A DNA stretch of 64,000 bases from the NCBI GenBank assembly GCA_040954595.2, contig CM082588.2, positions 4,776,156 through 4,840,155 on the forward strand. The letters are read 5' to 3'. Under the pieces are notes generated by a model. It searched no databases and was not told where the DNA came from. It saw nothing but the letters and a program-made list of their open reading frames with translations. Both the position numbers and the translations under genes were made by a program. The stretch comes from Balanoglossus misakiensis. Its lineage: Eukaryota > Animalia > Hemichordata. Of this stretch, positions 52,701-64,000 are shown in pieces. Each line of letters opens with the position of its first letter. Position 1 is the first letter of the stretch.

Positions 52701-55700
52701 TGACAGCGTTATTATTGACAGGTTCATACACTTATTACGAACTAACTGTATTGAAAAAATGTGATGAAAAAGATTGCAAATGTGCTTTTGTGCCTTGTGC
52801 TTTATTATTTTCTACCGATTCTTGTTTAATCGCGGCGCATTTCGTGTTCAAGAAACAACAAACGTGAAGCCGTTACATTAGTTCATTTAAATTGCAATTT
52901 TGCAGGTATTTAGTTGATTGTGTATTTCTCGCAGCGAGAGTCTGACCTGCCGTGTTAGTAACCACAGCACAGAACTGTGAATATACAGCGTTGTCATAAG
53001 GTTAACTGCATTCCTTTTCAGTCGCCATATATTGCGATTTACAGAGTTTTAATATCACGGGGATTCGTAGAGGCAACACGTGCCGAAGTGTTGATTTCTG
53101 TGACAGCGCACAATGGAGGCGCGGTGCTGGAATTAATGGATCGACCACATTCCATGCAGTGGCTCCGTTCTCAAAGCGGAATCTGGTTAAAATTTCCTAA
53201 ACGCCAGATTGATTCCCACCTCCGATTGAACACGAATTCAATTACCTAATGCTTACATAACAAATCACAGGGCTCCAGTCTTTGAGAGCAGTTCGCGAGA
53301 GGCGGCCGTGTTTAAACGGGCCGTTACCCCTGACAACTGTTACGGTGCTAAATTGGTCCGTGATGACACAGACGGCAATATAATGCCAGCGGCTGAAACT
53401 CATGAAAAAAAATCGCTGAGGACCTCGCTATCGAAGGTTGTCTTGACGGACTCAGAGTTTTACTGCCGTCAAATGAAAAATTGACCTGGCAATGTGGCAC
53501 CGAAAAAAATCGCTTTCATTACTAACTGCACTAAAAATAGCTCATGCCTTCAGCGAAGATTTTCAGAAAAAAATGAAAGTACAAGATTGGCTCGTGCAGA
53601 TGACAAGTCTTCCATTAGACCTAGCAAATAACATCAATGATGTTTTCAGATTCTGTATAAGTCTTAATATGTATACGCTTATTTATTCATAATTTATGAA
53701 TTTTTGTATTTCTTCGGTGTCTTTAAGTCACACATGACACAAAATCTGGCAGCCAAGTTCTATGTTAAAAGTAAATAAGGAAAAAAAGAATATTGCTCTT
53801 TGTAGGTGACAAGTATAACCCACGGAATTAGACAACAAAAAGAGCTTCCCGAATGGGTGCGGCCTCGGGGGAAGTGATATTTGCAGTCAACACAGAGATG
53901 AACGTCAGGGGGTTAATACGAGCGATTATGGGATCTGATAACCCACTTACTGGGTTACTTGGTTTTGTACAAGCAGTACTGCAGGGGTGGACGTTTTTGA
54001 ATATTGTTGTTCTCGTAGAAATATTCCAAGACGTCGAAGTATGTTCATTATATAAAACTGCCAAATACGCAATTAAATCTTGTCGATTGTACTTCGACAA
54101 ATGTACGTAACCATTAAAGCGAGACGGGCCTGTGTCTCTTCAAGGAAATTTCTAACACAGTAAATGCTTTGTCACGTAGGTTTAATTCAATTTGAAACAC
54201 GGCAAAATGTTCTTGAATCTTTCGACTGATTTGGTCGTAGTCCGAAACTTCGAAACAAGGATCAACATGATATGTTAGCTAAAACATTACGGTCACACAC
54301 TGAATGATGTTTACATGGAAACGCTGTCGATGATTGAAAGGCCGGGGCTTTTAAATCGCAGAGAAAATTGCTCTTTAATCCGTGACGTCACTGCGGATAA
54401 GAGGTTAATGCTTGGAGCGTATTTCGTGTAAAGACGTGCGTCTCGCCAAAATTGGAAACTGTGGAGTTGAGACGTTCATTTGTCAGCGAGATACAGCGTA
54501 TACTTCGTCCTGGGAAATGGTCTACGCTATCTGTCAAACGTTTACGTAATCTCAGATATTTGATAACTGCAGAATTTGTCCATGTTCGAGAATGAGGGTG
54601 ATTTTAAACACAATCTGATGATGAAAACTGCGCTGTTCACAGCTTGCGATATTACCCGTAACGTATACCTGTCACTCAAGTGTCGTGTCGTCTCCATGCC
54701 GCAGCCAAGTCGGTCATCGACGCACCGTCCTCGTGGCGAATGGCGATCACGTGAACTGATGAAATGAACCAGCAAATCCCCGTTATCGGGGACACATTTG
54801 CAACACGCCAAGTCATAAACCAAGTCGTCATTACCCTCTCAGACGGAATGAAATGGCATGGCCATTTCCAGGGTGTTTTTTCTCTGCGTGCTCTTAGCGC
54901 CTCGAGATCGCGTGCGAAATTTAAATAGGCGCATTAAAAAAGCACAGAGGATCTTTTGATTAAAGGATGGTAATTTCTGAGCTGTTGAACCGGTGTAACA
55001 TGGTCGACAGCTTCCTTCATTTTTGCTATAACCACAGGGTTTACGACCTACGGCGGTTTTCACACGCGCAGATTAAAAGGCGGGAACATGGGCTTGAAAA
55101 TTCATTACCGGGGCAGCATCGTAGATTTGAGATTTCCGTCGTTACCTCACGGAAGTTAGTTCACTCGACCCCCTCAAAGTGGCAAGCATATGTGATGGGC
55201 TTATCGATAATTCCGACATCGGCCAGTTGCAATCGACGTCGCGTTGACTTCTCTTCGACCTCACCTTGAGAAGTTATCTTAAAAGAACGAAAAATTAAAC
55301 TTGACGTTCTCTCGTGGATTTAAGTACGTACGTCGATATTGGAAAGGGAACCTCTAGGGGGAGGTGAACGCTTTGGCGCTAATGGACCAATTTCACAACT
55401 TTGAAGCCGATAAGCCAATTTTAATTTAAACGGCAAGGTCAAAAATTCACGATCAAGTAAAATCTGTGTAATTACGACGCATCGGTGACTGCGATGATAC
55501 ATTGCCTGGCGCAGTCGGCGACAAACAACAGGTGGGGCACTTGCACTATGCAGATTTACTCGACCTATGAACTCAGCGGGCCAATTACGCCCATACCTCA
55601 CAATTATCGACTGAAACTCATTCACTATCTACCTATCACATAGACAATGAATCTGTACCATAGCAAAGTCATGTGACCGACCATCACACCTGTCATCCAC

Positions 55701-58625
55701 CCAATAAAACACTCTCCAAATTCAAATTCTTCGCCCATAAGTGACTGGTTTGATGCGCCACCATAAAATAAATCATGTCTTGGCAAACTTCACATCGCTA
55801 ACTGATTTCGCCCTAATAAAACCCACCCTTTAACCGAGTTGAGAATGTTAAAAGGGGCGTCATAAGTGTTTCACGGATTTGTTGTTGTAACGGCGAAGAT
55901 TAAAGTCGTTAAAAGATTATATATGTCACGCTATAAAACAAGACGGCTGATTTAACGTCTGGGTCGACTACAGGCAGCTGATAAAGACAGTAAACTGTGT
56001 CTAAGAACGGCATACTTTCAATGCGCGCCGGGCCAAACCTTCCTTCTAAAGTTATGTAGTTTGGTAGTTTCTGGAGTTTATTCTGAAAGATCGTTGAATA
56101 TGCTCCATTAGAGCGGCAAATTCTTTCATTTTGACAGAGTGGTGCGTGTCGTCGACGGACAGAAGCGAGATGCTTGTTCGCTGATAATCAAGTCCCATGT
56201 GCCAAGCCCCACCACACCCCGCTTGTGTTTCCCATTGTCTTTCAACCATGACAGCAGGAAATAGCGTCCTTCACGGCTGTGTGGATTTTCCCAACCTTGA
56301 GTGAAAGAGGTGACAACTGCCGGCGTGTTCCCATTACAGTAAGATTTAGCGAACAAATTGGACAGCCGTCTCCGCGTAAACGTGGCGGCTTGCCCAGCGA
56401 AAAGCAGGCATTAATTTTTCACGACATTGGATACTTCGTAGCACGGACACATGGCGGGTTAATAGGCGGTGTTTAACGTCTTCCTGTGACCGGCAAAGAA
56501 CAAAATGCCCGTTAAATTGGAGTCACCATGGGTCGATATGACCGGGTGAGTAACCATATCCGGCGCCGGAACAACGGCGCAATCGCCGGTTGCTCAACCA
56601 CGGTCTTTCGTGATGCACGACGGAGTTCGACAACACACATGGTCCAAACATGTTTACTTCCTTTACCTGTAAATATCAACCCCTAATCTGTCCCTCATCC
56701 ATCAAATTCCTTTTAGAGAAAATCAAAAGAAAACACGGTCATTAATAATCACAGTACTTCATTGAACACTCATTTTACTTCATTTCCAAAGAAACATCTA
56801 TAAACTCTAGAGAGGTTAAATCCTATAGTGTGGGGGTGTGTCCCTTACCTTGAACGTACGAACTGCATGCTAGGCTAAATTTTTGATATAGGTATAATCG
56901 AAGTAAGATTTGGCTGGACACGTTTGCAAACGTGACTGTACTACTAGTAACGTATCGGTCCATATATATCTTACAACTATTAATTATTGTCGCATTTTGG
57001 ATATATATTTTTGATCAATATATATCTGAATATTGGTCGAATTGAGCGCGAAAGTAATATGTAGCAACATGTAAAATAGTTCTGACGTATCCGCCTTACC
57101 TTCAAAATAATCAAATCTTGGAATGACCGATGTGTGTATATGCGCACATATTCGGCGCAATCAGTTGTGACGTATGAAGGATATAGGCAATTCATCAGTG
57201 GCACATCACAAGTTATTGCCTTTCAACAAGTTATTACCCCTTTAATCATTAACGATGATAAAGAAAACATAAATTGTCCCATGCAATGCACTGGATCAGC
57301 AACATCGATGAATTATGTCAACAGATCGTTGCAAGCGAGTACATGTCCTATGATTACAACCCATCCATTAGGAACGTGTACTGTTCATTCCTTGCATTGT
57401 CTATATAGAATAAAAACAAACACGCATCGGACGAAAATTCTCTTTAATTTCTGGATATTGATCACATCGATCGTCCGAATAAATGAAATCTAAAGTATGC
57501 GTGAGACCTTGCCAATAACAGATAAGCTAATCGCGGGGGACGGGGTAATATAAACCAAACACAAGCTCCAAAAAGGTTAATCCGGGCCCTATGGTTCATG
57601 CATGTATTGTATTACACAAATACCCCCACCTCGACTGGCGAGCAGCGCAAATGAGTAACTTCATTAGTTTCCAATCATCTGACAACGCGAGGAATTATTC
57701 GAGCGTGTGGTGACCATACACTAAATGAAAATTAGTTTCGATCCATAGATATTGAAGTAAGACTGGGGTGTGTGGTGTTTGATTTTTTAACGAAATTGGA
57801 ATTATACAGCAAGGGAGTTATCTGTTGGTGCACGAATCCTGTAAACTGATTAAAATCGTAAATTCATGCCCGTGGTTACCTCAATACATGTAATGTAGGT
57901 CATAGCTTTGTCAAGTCATCTCATATTCCAAAATAGGTATCATATTGCATTAAACTTTGACTTTGAATGTGAAAAAGGAACTGTGTTATTGTCCAGATGC
58001 TGAAACCGAACACAAGAAAGTGAAATTTCAGCTTACTCCAATGTAGAATATCCGTCTGGTTATGAACATCCGACGCCAAGGCTTTTAGTGGGGGAGGTGG
58101 GGGAGAACCCCCCCCCCCCCCTTCTGGGATTTTGTAGTTGCAGTTTCCATTTGTTCTCTGTCCCCTTAGGGGAGGACCATTGTATTTGTAGGGGTGGGTG
58201 GAGGATGATTTGAGAAAACAATGCAGGCAGATGGTGCAGAGTGTTCCCCCCTTAATGTATCTGAAATGTGGAAACAACCAGTCTATCTCGGTGCTGCACA
58301 GGAAATGCAGAACTCTCACCATGAAATGCTGTCACGTACAATGTAAACTAACCATCAGTCATTTGCACCGTTCCCACTTTTGAAAGTTTGTTTCGAAGCG
58401 ACAGCCATTAATGACATAAGCTTATTACTTATTAAATTATTGTTTACGATTGCGTCTCGGGGTTGAATTCCCTCGGCACTGCTGATCGATGCGGTCTGCA
58501 TTTGAGTCACGTCGCTCTTTTCGCAAAAGAAGCATGGACTGGTCTAATTTACCACCGATTCCGTATTCAGCTCCATGGGAATTTCCTTTCCAAACACGAA
58601 TGATTGACTTGCCACCGCTATAGTA

Positions 58626-58675
58626 AAGTGAGCGACTCTCGAACGAGGTTAAGTGAAAGACTCTCGAACGAGGTT
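58626..58675. repeat. 25-bp tandem duplication
   Basis: AAGTGAgcGACTCTCGAACGAGGTT followed by AAGTGAaaGACTCTCGAACGAGGTT. Confidence 0.85.
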
Positions 58676-60742
58676 GATACAAAATGGGGAACTCTCCTCG
58701 CCTTTGCGCTCTAAGATCGTAAATTCCTCTTACGACTAGATTTTTTTGCAGACAGAGTAGATGTTTGTGCCATTATAAAACCACATAGGAAATAAGAGTA
58801 TTGGTCGCAAGAGTCGGTCTTATAAGTAAAGAGAGAGGGTCGCCTGAACTGCACATGCGCGACTTTTTTTTCCTGCTTTGACTCGCTAAAGCAAATGTGT
58901 TGTATGGGACGAAAAATCGCTAATTTCTTACAAATTTATACCAGACATGCGAAGATTATACATATTTTTGCGACATATCCTCACAGAAACCGTTTTTTGT
59001 TCGAAGTCGTCGAAAAATTCAAAATCTGCTTTTCCAATCAGAATTCACGAGAAAACCATTCAATATATCAGTTTCACTTCGACAAAGATAAGAAAAGAAA
59101 CGCAATCCGTCTCATAGAGTTTTCCACTGAAAGCAACACCATTAACCATTTTCTTTGTAGTATTTTATCAATCGAATATGAAGATTGTATCTTGGAATAT
59201 GATTTAATTTGGTTCTCCGGGCGGAGAATTTTCATGGAAACCCAAGCTTACCCACTTTACAAAATTGGTTTAACTTCTTGGAAAAATCTGGCAATCCTAC
59301 GTGCGTTTTCCTCAGTAGAAAACCCCATTACTCATACTACATTGTGTATGAGGAAATTTGCCATCTGAAAAACGGTAATATCCTGTTTCGCCGCGAAAAC
59401 TCACCCTAGAGCTGCGCATCTCAGTTTACGGGCAATTTTAGAGGAACATATTGTGTGTAATTGGATTCCTTTATAAACACTACACGTAAGCTTGATTCAT
59501 CTTGGCATTAGCAACAGGCTTTTACCTGGTAACTGCGTCATGTGCGTGCAATCTATTATTAAAGTATACACGCTGTCGTGAGTTCCTCAAACAATACCTC
59601 ATCAGTTTCAATGTCGGATGTTTACGTTCAGGAAAATTCATTTTGTCGTTATAGCGTGGCAGCGAGGAAATCGCATTTATGCTATCGAAGCTATACGAAT
59701 CAGTTCAGTTTCTTGAAAAAACAAACGCCACAACAATTTGCCAATGCTCCCCAATCCAAGCTATTCGATCCCCGTTTGTATAGCATAGCCCATGGCGTCA
59801 AAACATTGCTTGTGTCACGCAGCCAAAATGAAATAACTCGGTTTATTTTTACACGGAGCATTTCACTTGAGTAATTTCGTAGTGGCGATTGAAGGGAGGA
59901 AGACTCTCTTAGGAAAATGTGGCAAGCGAGGACAGCTTTGATTTGGCACCCTTTCATGCATTTGCGAATGGATCTTTTGATGGAGCCCCTGTTATAGATT
60001 TCTGGTTAGGCCATTCTACTGATATTACGTTTACATCTCATTTAAAGTGCCCGCTTGTAGTAAAACTATAGTACATTCTGGACTGTGTGTTCTACCATAG
60101 CTGCCCTCGAAAACTTTCGACATTTGGGCCATAGCCTGTACACAAAAAATCGTCGCAGTGTGGATGGAGGCTGGGATAAATTGTGTAGACGGTGTTGATG
60201 AGTCTTTCGCCGCCGGTTGATTTATTCACTCTTCGTTGGAGTTTTGACCTCGAGGAGCGCTACCTTTACAGTTCTGCCCAAACGCTCTAATTTTCACGTA
60301 TTAGTTTTATTACACTTTATTACTACCGGCGTCTTCTCGAATGTCTAAATGTAAAGTTCATACTTCTTTTGGAGCGAACATGAGATTAACGTTCACCTGA
60401 ATTCACTTTCCTCTGCTATCGTACTAAATAAAAGTCTTTAATAATCCATGAACTGCCCCCAAAACACCAACAGGTTAATTTCCCTTTGAAGAACTTTGCG
60501 GCGATAAAGTCCCTTGGTTTCCTTACAGTGGGCAATCACCTTCCATTCGCGAGACCGCGTGAACTTCCGCGAGTTGAATGACTTACTAATGACTTACAAA
60601 TAATCCGATGAACCCCTCAGGTTATCAGGTTATCAAGGGCCTGGCATCAACTGACTATGAAATCTACCATTTTGGCTTCTTGATTGTCCGCGTTCACGAG
60701 CAAGCAAGCCAAACAGCAAGCAAGCAAACCCGAAACTTACAA

Positions 60743-60856
60743 GAATGGATGGATGAATGAATGAATGAATGAATGAATGAATGAATGAATGAATGAATGA
60801 ATGAATGAATGAATGAATGAATGAATGAATGAATGAATGAATGAATGAATGAATGA
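60743..60856. repeat. (GAAT)n microsatellite
   Basis: About 25 perfect units; explains the HSFI-repeat ORF 60633-60878. Confidence 0.97.
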
Positions 60857-63516
60857 AAAGACAAGATAAAGCCGCCATCTAAGAAAGTTTCAAGAATATG
60901 AAATTACCGCGATAAATAAACATTGCACATCTTGTCCGCCATGGCAAAAAACCAATCCCAATATCATAACATTTTACGACGGTATGCCCGTTCATGCGTA
61001 CGCTGTGTAATAAATTTCAGATTATGAGGAACATACAGTAAAGGACGCGCCACAATGTTCTGATTTATTGGCACCGCGGTTTCGTTGCAGCCGCGTGGTA
61101 ATATATCGAGCTCTTCATTTATTACGAGTCGTATGAACCATTTACAGGTCTCTGATTTACAGGACTCCGGTTCAAAATGCGCGTTTCTGAGAAATCCAAT
61201 TAACGGATTTATAGGTACGTTGTCGTGTAAAACCTTGGCGTTTTAGGATATTCTATCGTTTAGTGTTGCCGCTACCAGTAAATCGACGATTTGGCGGTTC
61301 TGAATTGATCAAAATTATCGACCACTCACGCACCTATGAGGTTGTTTGCGTCTTTTAGCCTGGCGATAAAATACACGATGACAAGTGAATGTTCACGGTA
61401 ATATTTTGATGAACATGACGTGTCTGCTGTGTTAGGAATTGTTAATAAAATAGCATGTGTAATAATTCTTTCGTGCTATCGCTTTCATAGTAGCAGACAC
61501 ATGGCTGGAAAGCCGGATAAGGAAGCAGCATAAAGCATTTTGTGCTTATCTTTGATTTTCGACACTTTTCTCCATAGAATGCTCGCTACCAGCCGTTGGC
61601 CATTTTTGTCCGTGGTACAGACTATTACCCCATACATGTACCTAAATAGAAACAACACAATCAGTCCTAGCGGTTTGATACCTATCATATTATCATGTCC
61701 CCGAAAGCTTTCAGTGGAGTTTTTGCGAACATTTTCATGTATACATTGTTACCCCGTGACGTATTACCTTGTCTCCATATAATTGTAGTTTCGACAGCTA
61801 TGGTAAATTGTACGTGCGTGCATGATACCCTCAACCAAAACACTTGTAAGGGCAATCGTGTCATAATAATTCGTGCGTAAACATATATCTTACATATAGC
61901 GGCAATTATCGCGGAATAATTGCACTTGACATTCAGTAAAACTCGAGAGCTTGTTCAACGCCTATTCTATCTCTGGTGAAGTGGCGCGATGCTATTCAAT
62001 ATGGCGAAGCAAAATAGCGTCATTTGTTCTGGGGTACGAATTAGGCGCCTACATTAAATGCAGTTTAGAGAAATGCTAAATTGAGAATAGCGGTGATTAG
62101 TGTGCTCCGTTCAACCTTGTTATGGAGAATGTGTTTTTAAATTGTACGGATTAGAATTGCCGTTGAACAATATTATTGAAAACGCCCAAGTGATAACATT
62201 TACCTACGGCTGTTCCAGAGGATAGCGGGGGATTTGACAGGCTTGCTATGACAGTGGGCAAAGTACCGACAGTTGCAAGTGTTTATGCCCTCAGAAACAA
62301 GCAGGCTACATCAGTCTTATTACATGTAGTTTATAGTGAAATACATTGCACGGTTGGAGAGACTCGTTATTTTCAAAGTTGACAGTCACATCTAACCATC
62401 ATCTGGAATACAAAGAATTCTCCGGAGCAGCACGTTTCTCGAAGATAACAAGCACGACTGCACAATGGCACCACAGTACATTGTACACACAGGAAGCTCT
62501 TCGGAGACACTCGTCTTTGAGTGTCTGCGATCTGAATTATTTCCAAAGCTCAGGGGATCTAAGAGACACTAGGCAATCATTAAATGGTAATCGACAATTG
62601 ACCCTCATCACTCCGCTACGTGTTGCCACGGAAACGCTCATAAAATTCTCTTATCACCAATTAAAAAGTAATGAAGGATGTGACACGAAAAAAGTAACGT
62701 GCAGGTTCGGGCCTAGTCTCTGTTTGCTTCGATTGGCGACATGCTTAGGTCAGGGGATGGGTATGATTTTGACTCGGTGTTTATCTCTCTTTGGTATTCC
62801 GAACACACAAATGTGCGTGCTTCAACGAAGGTATCTTGTTTGTCTGTTTTTACCATCTTACGACGCACAACAAAGACGTAAAACTGTCGTCATCTGATTA
62901 CGTGTCCCATCTCTTGAGATGACGACCGTCGAAACAGTGGCGGCGGCCATATTGGTACTGCGTTTTGGGTCAGAGGTCAATTAGACAATAACAAGCGCCT
63001 TGCATTGGCGTCAGGGCCTTTGTTGTTCAATAGCAGCAATGTAAGGGCGACATCCCTTCCTAAAATGTTACAGCAGGGGCTGTTCTTCGCTTGTAGTGTC
63101 AGGCTCGGTGGAACTAACCGAGAAGCGAATTTCTACAACCAGTCGCGGCGATGATGACTAATGCATGGTGCCATGTCCTTCTGAATGAAGATTGATTTAC
63201 AGTGGATAAGTGTTAGCCACGGAGAGAAAAGAGAAAGCAGCTTTGAATTATTTGTGAGACCTTAAAACCGTAACTTCGAGAAACGTGCGGTTTCAATTAT
63301 TAAATGCAACAGGTTCGTGCCCCAAATTGAGTAAAACAGACAAACTGGTGCATCAAACAGCTCAACGAGGAAGCTGCAGCGCTTACTAGTAAATCTTTTC
63401 TTGAGCTTGGCTAATAGTAACGTATTGAATGGTCCATAGAACTCAACAAGTGACAAGTGAGCGTGTTTTATTGCGGAGAAACACAAGCGACGGTTTGAAA
63501 TATATCCCCTACACAT

Positions 63517-63627
63517 CAATCTGATTAAAATCAGATGTAGGGAACGGCGACTTGTTTTTTTTTATGCTGTCGCCTACACTACAAAAATCCACGTCGCCGT
63601 TCCCTACATCTGATTTTAATCAGATTG
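63517..63627. mobile_element. 111-bp MITE with perfect 35-bp TIRs and 9-bp target duplication (Mutator-like)
   Basis: CAATCTGATTAAAATCAGATGTAGGGAACGGCGAC (63517-63551) and its exact reverse complement (63593-63627); flanks CCTACACAT (63508-63516) and CCTACATAT (63628-63636), one mismatch. Confidence 0.85.
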
Positions 63628-64000
63628 CCTACATATATGCTGTGGACTGTAGTTTAAATATAGTCATTACCTTAGAGTCAACAGACTGATCATTCTTCTG
63701 TTGGTAGTTGATCACTGTCTCTTGTGGCATTAATTCAACAAAAGCCACATATCAGGAATTGTCACATTATATGATGATGTACATGTATGATGACATTTAG
63801 AAGAGCCCATAAAAATGTCCGTTGGTCGTCGAGATTATTTTCCACATCATGGTAATTTCAAATTATGATCTTTTTGATGACATATGTAATAACAGGTGCT
63901 GTGGACACTTGAAATTATTCGACTGGGAATATTTGACAAGTTATTTGATTTTTGCGCAAGGAAATGACGACAGAAATACTTCTATGAGCTTTACGACGCC

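Noticed and set aside
62346-62897. 183-aa ORF, and likewise 58895-59368 (157 aa) and 31576-32064 (162 aa)
   Set aside because: No motif, no codon bias, no exon structure; lengths compatible with chance in 64 kb.
1-64000. CRISPR arrays, tRNA or rRNA genes, autonomous transposase or reverse-transcriptase ORFs, MALAT1/NEAT1-type triple helix
   Set aside because: Looked for by eye and none seen; the window is spliced eukaryotic DNA.

Overview
Eukaryotic (metazoan) genomic DNA; short GT-AG introns and single-copy pre-duplication homologs of vertebrate gene families suggest an invertebrate, probably a deuterostome such as a hemichordate (inference). The left ~33 kb is a compact five-gene block that I spliced by hand: TULP4 (minus, first two coding exons, runs off the left edge), TMEM39 (minus, 8 coding exons), a PEBP/RKIP-family gene (plus, 4 exons, with a mitochondrial-presequence-like first exon), a ~2060-aa ZMYM2/3/4-WOC homolog (minus, 16 coding exons, 11 MYM fingers plus DUF3504) and a DBHS (NONO/SFPQ/PSPC1) gene (plus, 9 exons). 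TMEM39/PEBP and ZMYM/DBHS are each head-to-head with less than 0.6 kb between start codons. 33-39 kb is CpG-poor non-coding sequence that looks like continued gene body. From ~39 kb to the end is CpG-rich sequence with no recognisable coding exon; it starts at CTCF-like motifs and carries many Cdx/Abd-B-type TTTACGA sites and RFX X-box palindromes, consistent with the regulatory landscape of a developmental gene outside the window. Several small non-autonomous DNA transposons, microsatellites and a U1-snRNA-like fragment are present. All counts and alignments were done by eye, with no database search.
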